This document shows positions 37,819 through 48,772 of a stretch of 64,000 nucleotides of DNA, in pieces. Every line of letters begins with the position of its first letter. The first letter of the stretch is position 1. Origin of the DNA: Geosiphon pyriformis uo1 (lineage: Eukaryota > Fungi > Glomeromycota); NCBI GenBank assembly GCA_016748015.1, contig JAAOMT010000595.1, forward strand, positions 190,282 through 254,281. Reading direction: 5' to 3'. The notes under the pieces were generated by a model, which was given only the letters and a program-made list of their open reading frames with translations, did no database searches and had not been told where the DNA came from. A program made the translations under genes and the position numbers.

Positions 37819-38705
37819 TATTACAGATGATTATTTGAAGTCTTAAAGCAAATAACAAACCTGTAACTTGGTGCTTAATTGATATAATGATATTGGTTTC
37901 TAAAAGTTAACTGTATCTGAAGATTTTGGTTAAGTTCTTTGTATAATGGACAGAGATTCTAATGTAATTTTCTTTAAGTAGTGTTTTTAGTGTTAACTTG
38001 CAGGTTAAGTAGTTATTGTCTATCACTTCCCGGAATTACAATTCTATCAATTTTTTTCTTGGCATGGTGGCTAGCAATCTCTTAGTAAGCTATCCTCAAA
38101 TCTGTATGTCTATCTTTATTTCTGGGTCTTTTACTAGTGCTATATCCTAATGTCAGTAGCTCAGTGCTTTAATCCTTTAATCAATTAGTACATAACAAGA
38201 AATAACAAACCAAAAGAAAAGAAAATAAAAAAAAATTAAGAAATAAGCCAAGGCAATGAATGTTAGTATTCTGTTAATAGCCATAATTAAGAGCTATTGT
38301 TCTAGTATAGTTAAGTATCAATTACTATCAACATGTAGTGTTGATAATAAGAAGTAGATTTTGAAATGTTGAATAATTATTTATTGATATTTGTGATGTA
38401 AAAGATTGCTTAGATCAAATCTAAACTGAGAGATCTGTTTTTTTTGCTTTTAATACTACTGCTATATATACCTAATTTATGTTCTATAAGATCATTTATA
38501 TTGTTGAGTAATGTGCTATGATTTCTTGAGTAATGCTCACATTGCTAAACAATGTGGTCTAATTTTCTAATATTGCTCCACATTGTTAAGCAATATGCCG
38601 TAATTTCTGACATTGTTCCATATTGCTAAACAATGTGCTCACGTGCTAACTACTACTCCTTTATTGGTTTATTATTTTCTATATTTGTTTTCTTTATAAG
38701 TAACA
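37819..38705 (-). repeat. 3' LTR of element A (887 bp)
   Basis: Aligns along its length with 47883-48772; ends TAACA next to the PPT. Confidence 0.92.
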
Positions 38706-38722
38706 TTATCTCTTCTTTTTAA
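38706..38722 (-). other. Polypurine tract of element A
   Basis: Minus strand reads TTAAAAAGAAGAGATAA immediately before the TGTTA of the 3' LTR; the same tract occurs at 55971-55987. Confidence 0.8.
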
Positions 38723-39429
38723 TATTGAGCTCTATCAAAATCCTTATTTCAAATTATGTCAAATCCTTTTTTTTCAAGTAGTGTCTGTTCTACCCTACTT
38801 TTTATTTCTTCAATTTGTGAGTTGTTTATTCTTTCCTATTGGTTGATGGTTATTGTTTCTATGTTAAAGTATAATAATACTTCTGGGTAGTTTTGAAATA
38901 TAGTGTGTAATCAATAAATGGTTCTGATGTGTAGTGTCAAATTTGTTTTCTTTCTAATAATGTCTTTAATATTCCAGATTATTTCTTGATTGAAGATTCT
39001 CTTGGATTTGTCAAGATATAACTTTTGAATATCTACTTTTTGTCCTAATTAATAGTAGCAGTATGATATTAGAAGTTGGTCTATCCATTGGTTTCAATTT
39101 TTTTTTGTCAGTTTTTCTGTTGGAATAATAATGGTTATTTTTTCAAAAGTGTTTTTTACTTTCTCTACTATTTTATCTGACTAGTTTATTGATTGTTTTT
39201 GTGATCACTAGTATAGTGTACTTTTTCTTTTTTGTTTGGTGTTTTGATAACAGATTGTTTGGTTGTTAATAATAATTTTTATGTTTACTTGTTGTTGACT
39301 TAAAGCCTAAAACAATTGTTGAGCTAAAGTGTAAATATGGTCTGGTATTTCCATTTTTTTTTGTTGCTTTTGTTGTATATATCATGTCTTTATATACTCT
39401 TTTGGTTGTTTAATTTGACATATTTGGTT

Positions 39430-40790
39430 TAATAACTATGATTATTTCTAAATCTCATAGAATTTCATCTGGTTGAACTAGTATTCTTTATGCTCTCAGT
39501 TGTAGAATATTACTGGTAGATACTAATGCTATGTTTTGATATAGTTTTAGTCAATTTTTATGTGCTGCTTTGGTTAAAATTTTGTTGTTTAATCTTAATT
39601 TATAAGCTCTATTTCTTAGAATTTTTTCTACATGAAATGGTTTGTTCTATTTGGGGTCAAATTTTCCACTTCATTGTTTTTCCACTTTGGTATAATATAA
39701 AAGTACTTTGTTTTCAATCTTGAATTTGACTAGTTTATCTGGTAATTGGTTATTATGCCTTTTTTTTTGTTTTTTTTGTGATTTTTGGATATTATCAGCT
39801 GCTTTTTGCCATTTGTTTTCTAATGTCTCTATTAAGACATATGTTCTTTTCAACAATGTTTTTTGAAAATTTTTTTTTGTTATTGGTTCTATTGGATATG
39901 TTTTGACTTTTATCTCAACTGGTAATGTTGTTGTTTTACTGTATACAAATAGTGTTGCTTGTGCAGTATCTTGCTTTATTGTCCAGTTAACAAATAATAC
40001 TAATGGTATAAGCAAATTCCATTTGTTCTGGTTTTTTTGGCTGATTTTGGCAATTGCTTCACATAATGTTCTGTTAAACCTTTCAACTAACTCATTTGTT
40101 TGTGAATGGTATGGTAATGATAATGGTCTTTTTATTCTAAATTTTTGACTTAATTCTGCCAATGTTTTATTAACAAAGTGAGTTTTTTGATCTGATAATA
40201 GTTTTTTTGGGCATCTGTGTTAGCAGATCAAATCTTAATAAACAAATTTGGCAATGGATTCTGCATTTGCTTTTTGAATGGCTTTTGCTTTTGACCATTT
40301 TGTGAGATAATTTATGGCTATTACAATATATCTGTTGTCTTTGCTGGTAATTGTTAATGATCTGACTAAGTTAATTCCAATGCAATCAAATAGTTGTTCT
40401 ACTTTGATTGGTCTTAACGGTTCACTGGGTCTTGTTTCTTTTTTTCTCTAACAAACATCACAGTTTTGAACATATTAGATGATATCTGGATACATTGATG
40501 ACTAATAATATCTTTTTCTGATTCTTTTCATGGTTGTTTCTTTGTAAAAGTGTTCTGTTATTGGATTTGAATGCATATTGAATAATATTGTCTCTTTTTC
40601 TAGTTCTGTAATTACTTTGATTGGTTGATCTGGATTTCTTTTGTTTTTTTGGTAAAGTATATTTTGATAGTTGATAAAATATTTTGATTGTTGTTTTATG
40701 TTGTTTTATTTCTTTTGAAATAATTTCTCCTTGAACAATTGTGTATTTATATAATGTTGGAGTTGTTGATATTTTTGTATATTCATCTTT
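39430..40790 (-). pseudogene. Integrase remnant of element A
   Basis: HSNPITEHF...CDVC zinc finger, CIGINLV, SDQKTHF, YHSQTNELVERFNRTL. Confidence 0.9.
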
Positions 40791-40809
40791 TGTTGTATTT
40801 TTTGGGATA

Positions 40810-42180
40810 AAATGTTTTTAGATTTGTCTTATTTGTGACAAGCCATTGACATTTCTGTTTTCTTTTTCTTTTTTATAATGTATTGTATAATTAAATGATG
40901 AAAGTTCTATTTTCCATTTGATATGGTGATTGTTTTCAAATTCTTGCTTTTGGATTGAAGTCAATCTTTTATGATCAATGTAAACATCAAACTTTTGACT
41001 CAAGTATTTTTTCCATTTGATGACAGCCCAATAAATAGCTAAGTGTTCTAATACGGGAGTTTTATAGTTTTTTTCAGCTAAACTTAAGCTTCTGCTGGTG
41101 TAAGCTACTGGGTGTTCTCATCTATCTGGTCTTTTCTAAGATAGTACTGCTCCTAATGTTTAATCAGATGTATCTGTTGTAATTATGAATGGCTTGCTAT
41201 GATCTGAATAGATCAGTACTAGAGCTTAAATAAGCTTTTTTCTTAATGTATTAAAAACTTCTTGCTAAGTTTCTGTTTATTCATATCTGGTGTTCTTTGT
41301 TTGGAACTGGTGTAATGGCTAAGCCAGTTTAGAAAAGTTTTTGATGAAACAGCAGTAGTAATTCGCAAATCCTAAGAATGCTCGTAGTTCTATTAAATTG
41401 ATGGGTACTAAAAAGTTCTTAACTATCTCAATTTTGTCTGGATTTATTTTAATTCTATCTTTGCTCACAACATGTCCCAAAAACTTGAGTTCAGTTTTTC
41501 CAAAGAAATACTTGGTTGCATTTAATTTTAATCTGGCTCTTCTTAGTCTTTTGAACACTTATTAAAGATAGTATAAATGATCATTAAATGTTTTAGAGAA
41601 CACATTGGTGTTATTTAGATACACAACTACTTATTTCTATAGCAGTTCAGTATAGACAATTTTCATGAGTTGTTAAAATGTGGCTGGAGCATTCATCAAG
41701 CCAAATAACATAACCTCAAATTCAAAATTTTTTTTTCGAATTGTAAAAGCCATTTTTTCTTTGTCTTCTGAATTCATGGCTACTTGCCAATAATTACTGT
41801 CTAAGTTTAAAGTTGAGAACTATTTTTTTCCTCCAAAAGCATCGAACAGCTCTTAGATCTTTAGTATTAGGTAGTTATCTCTTTTGGTTACTCCATTCAG
41901 TTTTCAGTAATTTATACAAAAGCAGATTTTTCCATCTTTTTTTCAGACTAGTATTACTAGTAATGACTATGGACTTATTGATGGCTGAATTAGCCTATTG
42001 TCGAGCATCTGATTGATTTCTTGACAAATAATCTCATGACTGGCTGGTGGTACTTAATATGCTTTTTGTTTGATTGGTATTGTATCTCTAGTTTTGATCT
42101 GATGCTGGATTATATCAGTTCTGCCAAATTCATTTTTGCTAACAAAGATGTCATTGAAGTTGTTGAGTAATATCTTGAAT
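40810..42180 (-). pseudogene. Reverse transcriptase and RNase H remnant of element A
   Basis: LNLDSNYWQV, FEVMLFGLMNAPATF, VVYLNNTNVFS (=YLDD), LKFLGHVV, IITTDTSD, AYTSRSLSLAEKNY, YIDHKRL. Confidence 0.92.
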
Positions 42181-42666
42181 TGCATCTGTTGAAATGGGTC
42201 TAAGTTTCTCAAGTTCATCTGTTCCAATTGTTCTGGCTGAAGCAAATAACATTTTTCTTGTCCATATATTGTTTGAAATGTGATATCTACATATCTACAC
42301 AGTTGTAGAAAACACAGTTGTGGAAAATTTGGAATGGCATTTGGCAGTTGGTCTTTAATTTTAGTGGTTAGATATTTAATAGTGGTTCTTTTTGGTATCT
42401 TGATAATATTTTTTGTGTTATTGTAAATAGGAATTTTGATATGACTGTGGTTCTTGGCTGGTATGTATAGATTGATTAATTTAATTTCTCCTGATTCACA
42501 AAGTGTTGCTTCTGCCTCAAAAATCTGAATCTGATTCTTCACTTTTCTCTCTATGACTAACATGTACCAGTCATATAGTAGAATAGAAATTGATTGACAG
42601 TTGAAGATAATTTCTTTTTTGTTAATAATTTTTTCTTCTGTCATATTAACTGGTATATTTATTCTA

Positions 42667-44040
42667 CCTGTTGATCCGAATCTCTGTATCCTTCTTGTAG
42701 TTATTCCTAATTCTTTCCTGTTTTCTACTGCTACTAATTGAGCTATTTTAATCAAAGGTAAGAATATTGCCTATTGTTACTAGTAGAATTTTAGCTATTA
42801 ATTAGCATGAAATTACCCTTATAATTCCTATAATTAATTAGTATATTAATATCATTTCAAATTATTATTTATTATTTAATTAATTATCACATATTATGAT
42901 TCAATTAAAAGAATCTAATTAGTATAACAGAAAGTAGAATGATCAAATTACACAATACCCTGAACTTTGTAACATTCTAAAATTCGCCGAAATTTACAAA
43001 AATTTGCCAAAATTATGAATAGTTCACCCAAATTAATCAATAGTTCAGTAAAATAACTTGTAGTTCATCAAAATATATCTTTAATTCACTGAAATTTGAG
43101 CAAAAAGAAAAAGTGCAAGTTCATAGACTAGTACTACAACAAGTTGTATAAAAGAAGAGCTTTTTTCTTCAAGAAAATGTATCTTACTTTAGATTTATCA
43201 CTTAGAACCATTCCTACACACACAAAAAGAAATAAATATCAAATAATTCAAAAAACCAAATTTTTTAATTATTGTACTTGAAAAATCCTCAAAACCCAAC
43301 TAATGTTTTGAAATTGATTAGCTACCAATTTCAGTAAACTGTTAGTGACTTCAGGCCTGGATAGAAAACGTTTCCCTTAACAGAATTCTATTTCTTTTAC
43401 ATTTCTTTTATTTTTCTTTTATTTTCTTATTATAATCATTAAGGTAGCCTACAGATGAGATTCCTGTAAAAGAATTGACTTTTACAGCAAAGTAACTACA
43501 CATTTTTAGTGAGCTTCCAGATAAGCAATTCCTAGAAAAAAGTTGACATTTACTACAATGTAACTACATAAAATAACTGGCAAAGAATTGGCCATTTCAC
43601 TTATAAGCCCAGCAGTTCAAATTATAGAAGATAATTTGAAGATAAATTCAGTTATTGGAGGTTCAACTACTTCTAGAAAACGTGAATTTGCAACCAACAG
43701 ACAGTTACAACATTCAAAAAAAAAGACCAAAAACCTCCAGTAACACTGTGCTATTTTTTCATTTGGCTTTATAATATAGGCTTTTTCTGAGTCATTTTGT
43801 AGCATTATAATAATATTTTTTACATATCTTATATCAATTATTTTTCCTCTGATGTTGATTCCCTTTTTCGCTAAACTACTCCTGAATGCTAGTTGGACTA
43901 TTGTTGTTGCTGAGATTTCTAGTGCTATTTTGAGATCAATGCAGGTGTGCAAATGTGGTTCCAATTTGATGACATCTTTCTCTAGATATCTCAGATCGAA
44001 TCTTGTATTGGTATTATGTGTTCATTTTGGCAGGATGCCT
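42667..44040 (-). pseudogene. dUTPase domain of element A, split by a solo LTR
   Basis: Five trimeric dUTPase motifs: TRFDL (=AGFDL), RSSLAKKG, KIIDIRYVKNI (=GIIDxGYxG), EKIAQ|AIF, RRIQRFGSTG. Confidence 0.9.
42775..43745 (+). mobile_element. Solo LTR of a second LTR family (971 bp) with 4-bp TSD CTAT/CTGT
   Basis: TGTTAC...GTAACA ends. Removing it restores EKIAQAIFLP. Homologous to the reverse complement of 60011-61019. TATAAAA near 43147. Confidence 0.92.
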
Positions 44041-45139
44041 TTATTATTATCACTAAACCATTTGAGTTTCTGCTCTTTGGAAAGATCAAGAAGAGCAATA
44101 TATTGTTCTGGATCTAAATTAGAGTTTGAATTATTGTAATTATTATGGCCATTTTAAATGGAGCTGAAACCATTGTTTTTATTGTCATCATTGTCAGAGT
44201 TTGAATTGGGATTAACAGTTGATTCCAATTCTAATGTACAGCTGTTGATTGGTTTCTTCTCTTTGGGATTGTGTAGATTATGCATGGTGGTGAATTGTAA
44301 ACAATGTCACAATTATTACAATATTCGAAATCACTGGAAATTAAACAATGTTGGCATAGTCTGGTATTCAATTCCTTTAGCCATTGTTCCTGTTCTTCTT
44401 TTGTTGGCACTAGATTCTGATAATGCTTGTAAAATTCCTCTGGACCTGTTTTTATGTCAAGAAAAACATCTGGGTTTGGGATAAGGATGATGTTGACTGG
44501 TTCTAAAGAATTATTTTTAATTTCCAAAATTTTACTGGGTGTGGCTCCTTTAACTTTAACATTCACCATTCTCTAGATCTCATCTTTATCATGTGAGTAA
44601 CTGTTTAAGCAAGTTATTGCTTGGTGCCAAGCTGCTGTAATGAAAGTGCCACAACTGACCCAGTTGTTGATGAGGATTATGTACTAGCATAAAGTGTCAT
44701 ATGTTTCTTGTTTTCCACAAGCAAGACATAGTTTGTTGTCTCACTTTCTCTGTTTTTTTGAGTAATCATAGCATTTTCTATGGCATAGCTTGCAATAATA
44801 GTAGGTTCTTGTCCAATAGTTTTCATCAGATGCTATTCAAGCTCCCATGAAGGAAAGTTTCTTTTTATAGTCTTTGCATTTAAGAGTTATATATGACAGT
44901 TCCTTTATTGGCTCACATGAGTACTCTCTTTTCCAACCACTAGTTACTTCTTCCATAGTAGTACTTTCTTTTGGTGCATCTTCTTCCTTTTCTTTCCCTT
45001 TGTCATTTCAGAAAAGTACTAGTGGTAATTCATTGTGTTTGGTGTCAGCTCAGGAAACTTGGTAAGCTTTCTAAATAGGTTTTCTTTCTTCTTCTTCTAA
45101 TTTGATGAGTGGCTTGTCATTGATAGTGGTCTTGAAATA

Positions 45140-45520
45140 ATCACAAGTGATAGGCACACATGTGTAGTGGCCATTTTGGCTGAGCTGCAGTTTTTGGGTG
45201 TTCTAGTCAAGTATGGCATTGGTTTTAGACAGCCAGTTGTTCCTAATGAGAGCTTGGTACTGAGTTGCTTTTATTATTAGAACTTTGATGAGTATGATGA
45301 TGTCATCAATTTCAATAAATAATTCATCTATTTTGCCAATTGGAGTTTTGGTCATTCTATTGGCTGTTATGATTTTGGCACTGGCAGTGTAATCAACTTG
45401 ACAACCTAATTGGTCTATAAATTGTCATGTAATGATGCTGTCTGCTGACCCACTATCCAATATAAGTTTGATGGAATGGCCATCAATTTTAGCATCAGTG
45501 TACATAGTGGTGATTGGTTT
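45140..45520 (-). pseudogene. Aspartic protease remnant of element A
   Basis: DAKIDGHSIKLILDSGSADSII ... ALIRNNWL (=LxGNDWL). Confidence 0.88.
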
Positions 45521-45699
45521 TTCTTCAAGGGTGGCTTTACTAAACAAAAGTGTGGATGACAGTTTTTCAAGTTCAAATGGAAAGATTGCTACTAGTAATT
45601 CATCATTAATAACAATGGCTGGAGGTATGTTGCTAATAAGTGATTGTTTTTGGTTGGGTTCTGTGGTGTTGGATGAGGTGTCTTCTGGAGTTACTAGGA

Positions 45700-47860
45700 G
45701 ACTTAAATAATTCTGGAAATTCAGGTTTTGGGTGTACCCAGTTCCTAAACTCCACTGGTGTGATCCTGATTATTGGGTAGATGTACTGAGGATTGGTTAA
45801 TAAACTACTATCACCAATCTCCAGCTTTGTTGTGTTATTTTCAGCCTTTGGATTCCATTTGGAGGTAAGTTTGTGGTGGTGTTTGGTTTTGTTGAGGCTG
45901 ATATATTACTTGGGCTTGCAGTTGATAAATAGGTTGTGGCTGTGGCTGATAAATTATGGGTGTTAAAGGTTGATAGATTGGTAATGAGTATATTGGCTGC
46001 ATTACTGGTGGGTAATGAGGTTGATAATAGTCCTGATTTGAATGATAATTCAGAGTTTGGAATTGGTAATTAGAGTTTTGATATTGATTTCCCAATCATT
46101 AATTATTAGCTCTAGCATGGTAGTTAATTCTGATGTGTTCTTGTTTACCACGATTGTGGCAAATACACATTTTGTGCTATCACAATAATTGTGTTGTCAC
46201 AGAATGTAACTGATATTGTTGCTAATCAATAGTTCTGAGATTGTCATAACATTGTGGCAGTTGATATATGGTCTGATTATTATTAGTTAAGTACTCCTCT
46301 AGTTTCTGATTAATTGAATCACTAAATTGTTTCAATTTAGAATCCAATTTAGATGATCCATTCATTACTAGGTTGACAGCTTGGGCATGATTTGCTTCAA
46401 GTTTGATGGATTCAAAATCTTTTATATTAATAACTGTGTCTTGGAAATTTTGTGGGTACATTTAGTGTATATACTGGAAAATGCTATTGCATAATCCACA
46501 GATAAACTGGTTCAGAATCTGTGGTGCTGTAAAGTAATTCACATTAATTACTTGTATTTAATACAAGTTTCTATGGAAGCATCTTAGGTAAGTAGTGACT
46601 GCTTCAGTTTCTCCTTGTTTTATGGTGGTGAATGTATTTGCCAAGTGGTTAATGCTATTATTGTTACTGAAATATCTCACAAATTCCAGTTTGAATTCTT
46701 GGAAAGTTTGGGATTTGGTGGCTAAACTCTGATACCATGAATTGGTAGTATCTTGGAGAAAATAGAAAATTGCTTGAAAGACTCTGTCATTATTCTATTC
46801 ATTAGCTGTGATAACTTTTTCTATGTTATTGAGCCATACTTGGGCATTATCCTCTTCACTGATAAATTTCTCAATTTTGGTGATGGGTGCATATGCTATT
46901 GGTACTAATAGTAGTTATTATTGCAGTTGTGGTTGTTGTTGTAATTGCTGCTAAAGTGGTAGTTGTAGCTGTTGCTGTTATTGTTTGTTGATTAGTGGGA
47001 CTGGTGGTGGATTAATCATGATTGCTGGAGGTAAGTTTTTCTAAGTAATAATATTGGAGTTTGGATTGTTCTGATTTTCTGAAGTTTGATTAACTGGAGT
47101 TTCAATTTCTGTATTTTTTAGGATTAGATTTTACTTGCTAATTTCTCTATAACTACTTTTTTTTTCCTCAGAGTCAGTTATTTTTCAAAGATTAATGGCT
47201 TTGAAATCTGGTTGTGGTAATGGTAATCAAATTCCTGATAACATTGGGAATTGTGATTTAAATCTCTCAAAATAATTGCCATATGTTCTTAATAATTCTG
47301 CTTTCTTTTGTTTACTTTAAAACAGGATTCTGTTCAGTGGTGTTGTCATGCTTGTTGTTGCCATGTTTATTATATTGATAGTATTTCTGAGTGTGTGGTA
47401 ATATAATGGATTAGCAAATGAATCAAATCTTTGTTTCTTCCAAGTAGATAGTTGGATTTGTTTTGGTATTTCTGCTGATGTTTGTAGTTTTCCTTTTCTC
47501 TTGTCAGCAAAAGTAATAGAAAATCTCTACTTGGTGTATTTTTCAATTTTTCTGTTTATTTCTGTGATTAAGAGTGCAAATAAGTAGTTTTGTAGAAGGG
47601 TAGTGCTTTGGAGTAGTTCACTGAAGAAATTATTAAAGATGGATTCTGGATTTTCTTGGCCTCCCAAATGATATACTATTTTCTTGTTAACATAGCAGTT
47701 GAAAGCTGATTTTGTTGGCCAACTATTATTTGTTAATTCTAAATAGATGTGATAGTATTGGAATAAAGATTTTGTGAATCTTAAATAGTTTGTCCCTGTT
47801 TCTTTGGATTCTGCTACTGTTTTGGATGGTTGTTTGTTGGTGCCAGTTCTTTGTTAGATT
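45700..47860 (-). pseudogene. gag remnant of element A: long N-terminal extension, capsid, CCHC knuckle, Gln/Pro-rich tail
   Basis: AYAPITKIEKF..EDNAQVWL, NSWYQ, IKQGETEAVTTY (major homology region), QFICGL, CHNRGKQEHIRINY (decayed knuckle, ~46115-46165). Confidence 0.85.
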
Positions 47861-47863
47861 ATA

Positions 47864-47880
47864 CCTCACAGAGAGCACCA
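47864..47880 (-). other. Primer-binding site TGGTGCTCTCTGTGAGG
   Basis: Starts with TGG 2 nt after the 5' LTR end; complementary to a tRNA 3' end CCUCAC.GAGAGCA-CCA. Confidence 0.85.
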
Positions 47881-47882
47881 AA

Positions 47883-48772
47883 TGTTATTAGTAATTATTT
47901 GGGATCTCAAAGCAAATAACAAATCTGTAACTTGGTGCTTAATTAATAGAATAATGTTGGTTTCTGAAAGTTAACTGTATTTGAAAGTTTTGGTTGAGTT
48001 CTTTGTATAATAAACAGAGATTCTAATGTGATTTTCTTTAAGTGGTGTTTCTGGTGTCAATCCATGGGTTAAGTAGTTGTTGTCTATTGCTTTCCGGAAT
48101 CACAATTCTATTAATTTTTTTCTTGGCATGGTAGCTGGCAATCTTCTGGTAAGCTATTCTCAAATCTAAGTGTCTACTATTATTCCTGGTCTTTTACCAG
48201 TGCTATATTTTGATATTAGTAACTTAGCACTTTAATCCTTTAATCAATTAGTACACAACAAGAAATAACAAAACAAAACAAAAGAAAAGAAAATAAAAGA
48301 AAATAAAAAAATAAGCCAAGGCAATAAATATTAGTATCCTGTCAATAGTCATAATCAAGAATTATTGTTCTAATGTGATTAAGTATCAATTACTATTAAC
48401 ATGAAGTGTTGATAGTGATAAGTAAATTTAAGATATTGGATAATTATTTATTAATATTTGTAATATGGAAAGTTGCTTAGATTAAATCTAAACTGAGAAG
48501 TCTGTCTTTTCTGTTTCTAATGTCACTGCTATATATACTTAATTTATGTTCTATAAGATTGCTCATATTCTCAAGCAATGTGCTATGATTTTTTGAGCAA
48601 TGCTCATATTGCTAAGCAATGTGGCCTAATTTTCTAACATTGCTCCATATTGTTGAGCAATGTGCCATAATTTCTGACATTGCTCCATATTGCTGAGCAA
48701 TGTGCTTATGTGCTAATTATTACTTCCTTATTGGTTTATTATTTTTTATATCTGTTTTTTTTATGAGTAACA
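47883..48772 (-). repeat. 5' LTR of element A (890 bp)
   Basis: TGTTA...TAACA ends; adjacent PBS; TATATA near 48530-48537; palindrome array at ~48560-48705. Confidence 0.92.

Larger units (their letters stand above)
37819..48772 (-). mobile_element. Ty3/Gypsy element A (family 1), two LTRs, degenerate gag-PR-spacer-dUTPase-RT-RNaseH-IN-ORF3
   Basis: Direct LTRs 37819-38705 and 47883-48772 with TG..CA ends, PBS, PPT, and RT-RH-IN domain order. Confidence 0.95.

Noticed and set aside
38480-38650. CRISPR-like palindromic repeat-spacer array
   Set aside because: Spacers are short and themselves repeated, the array lies inside both LTRs, and there are no cas genes in this eukaryotic context.
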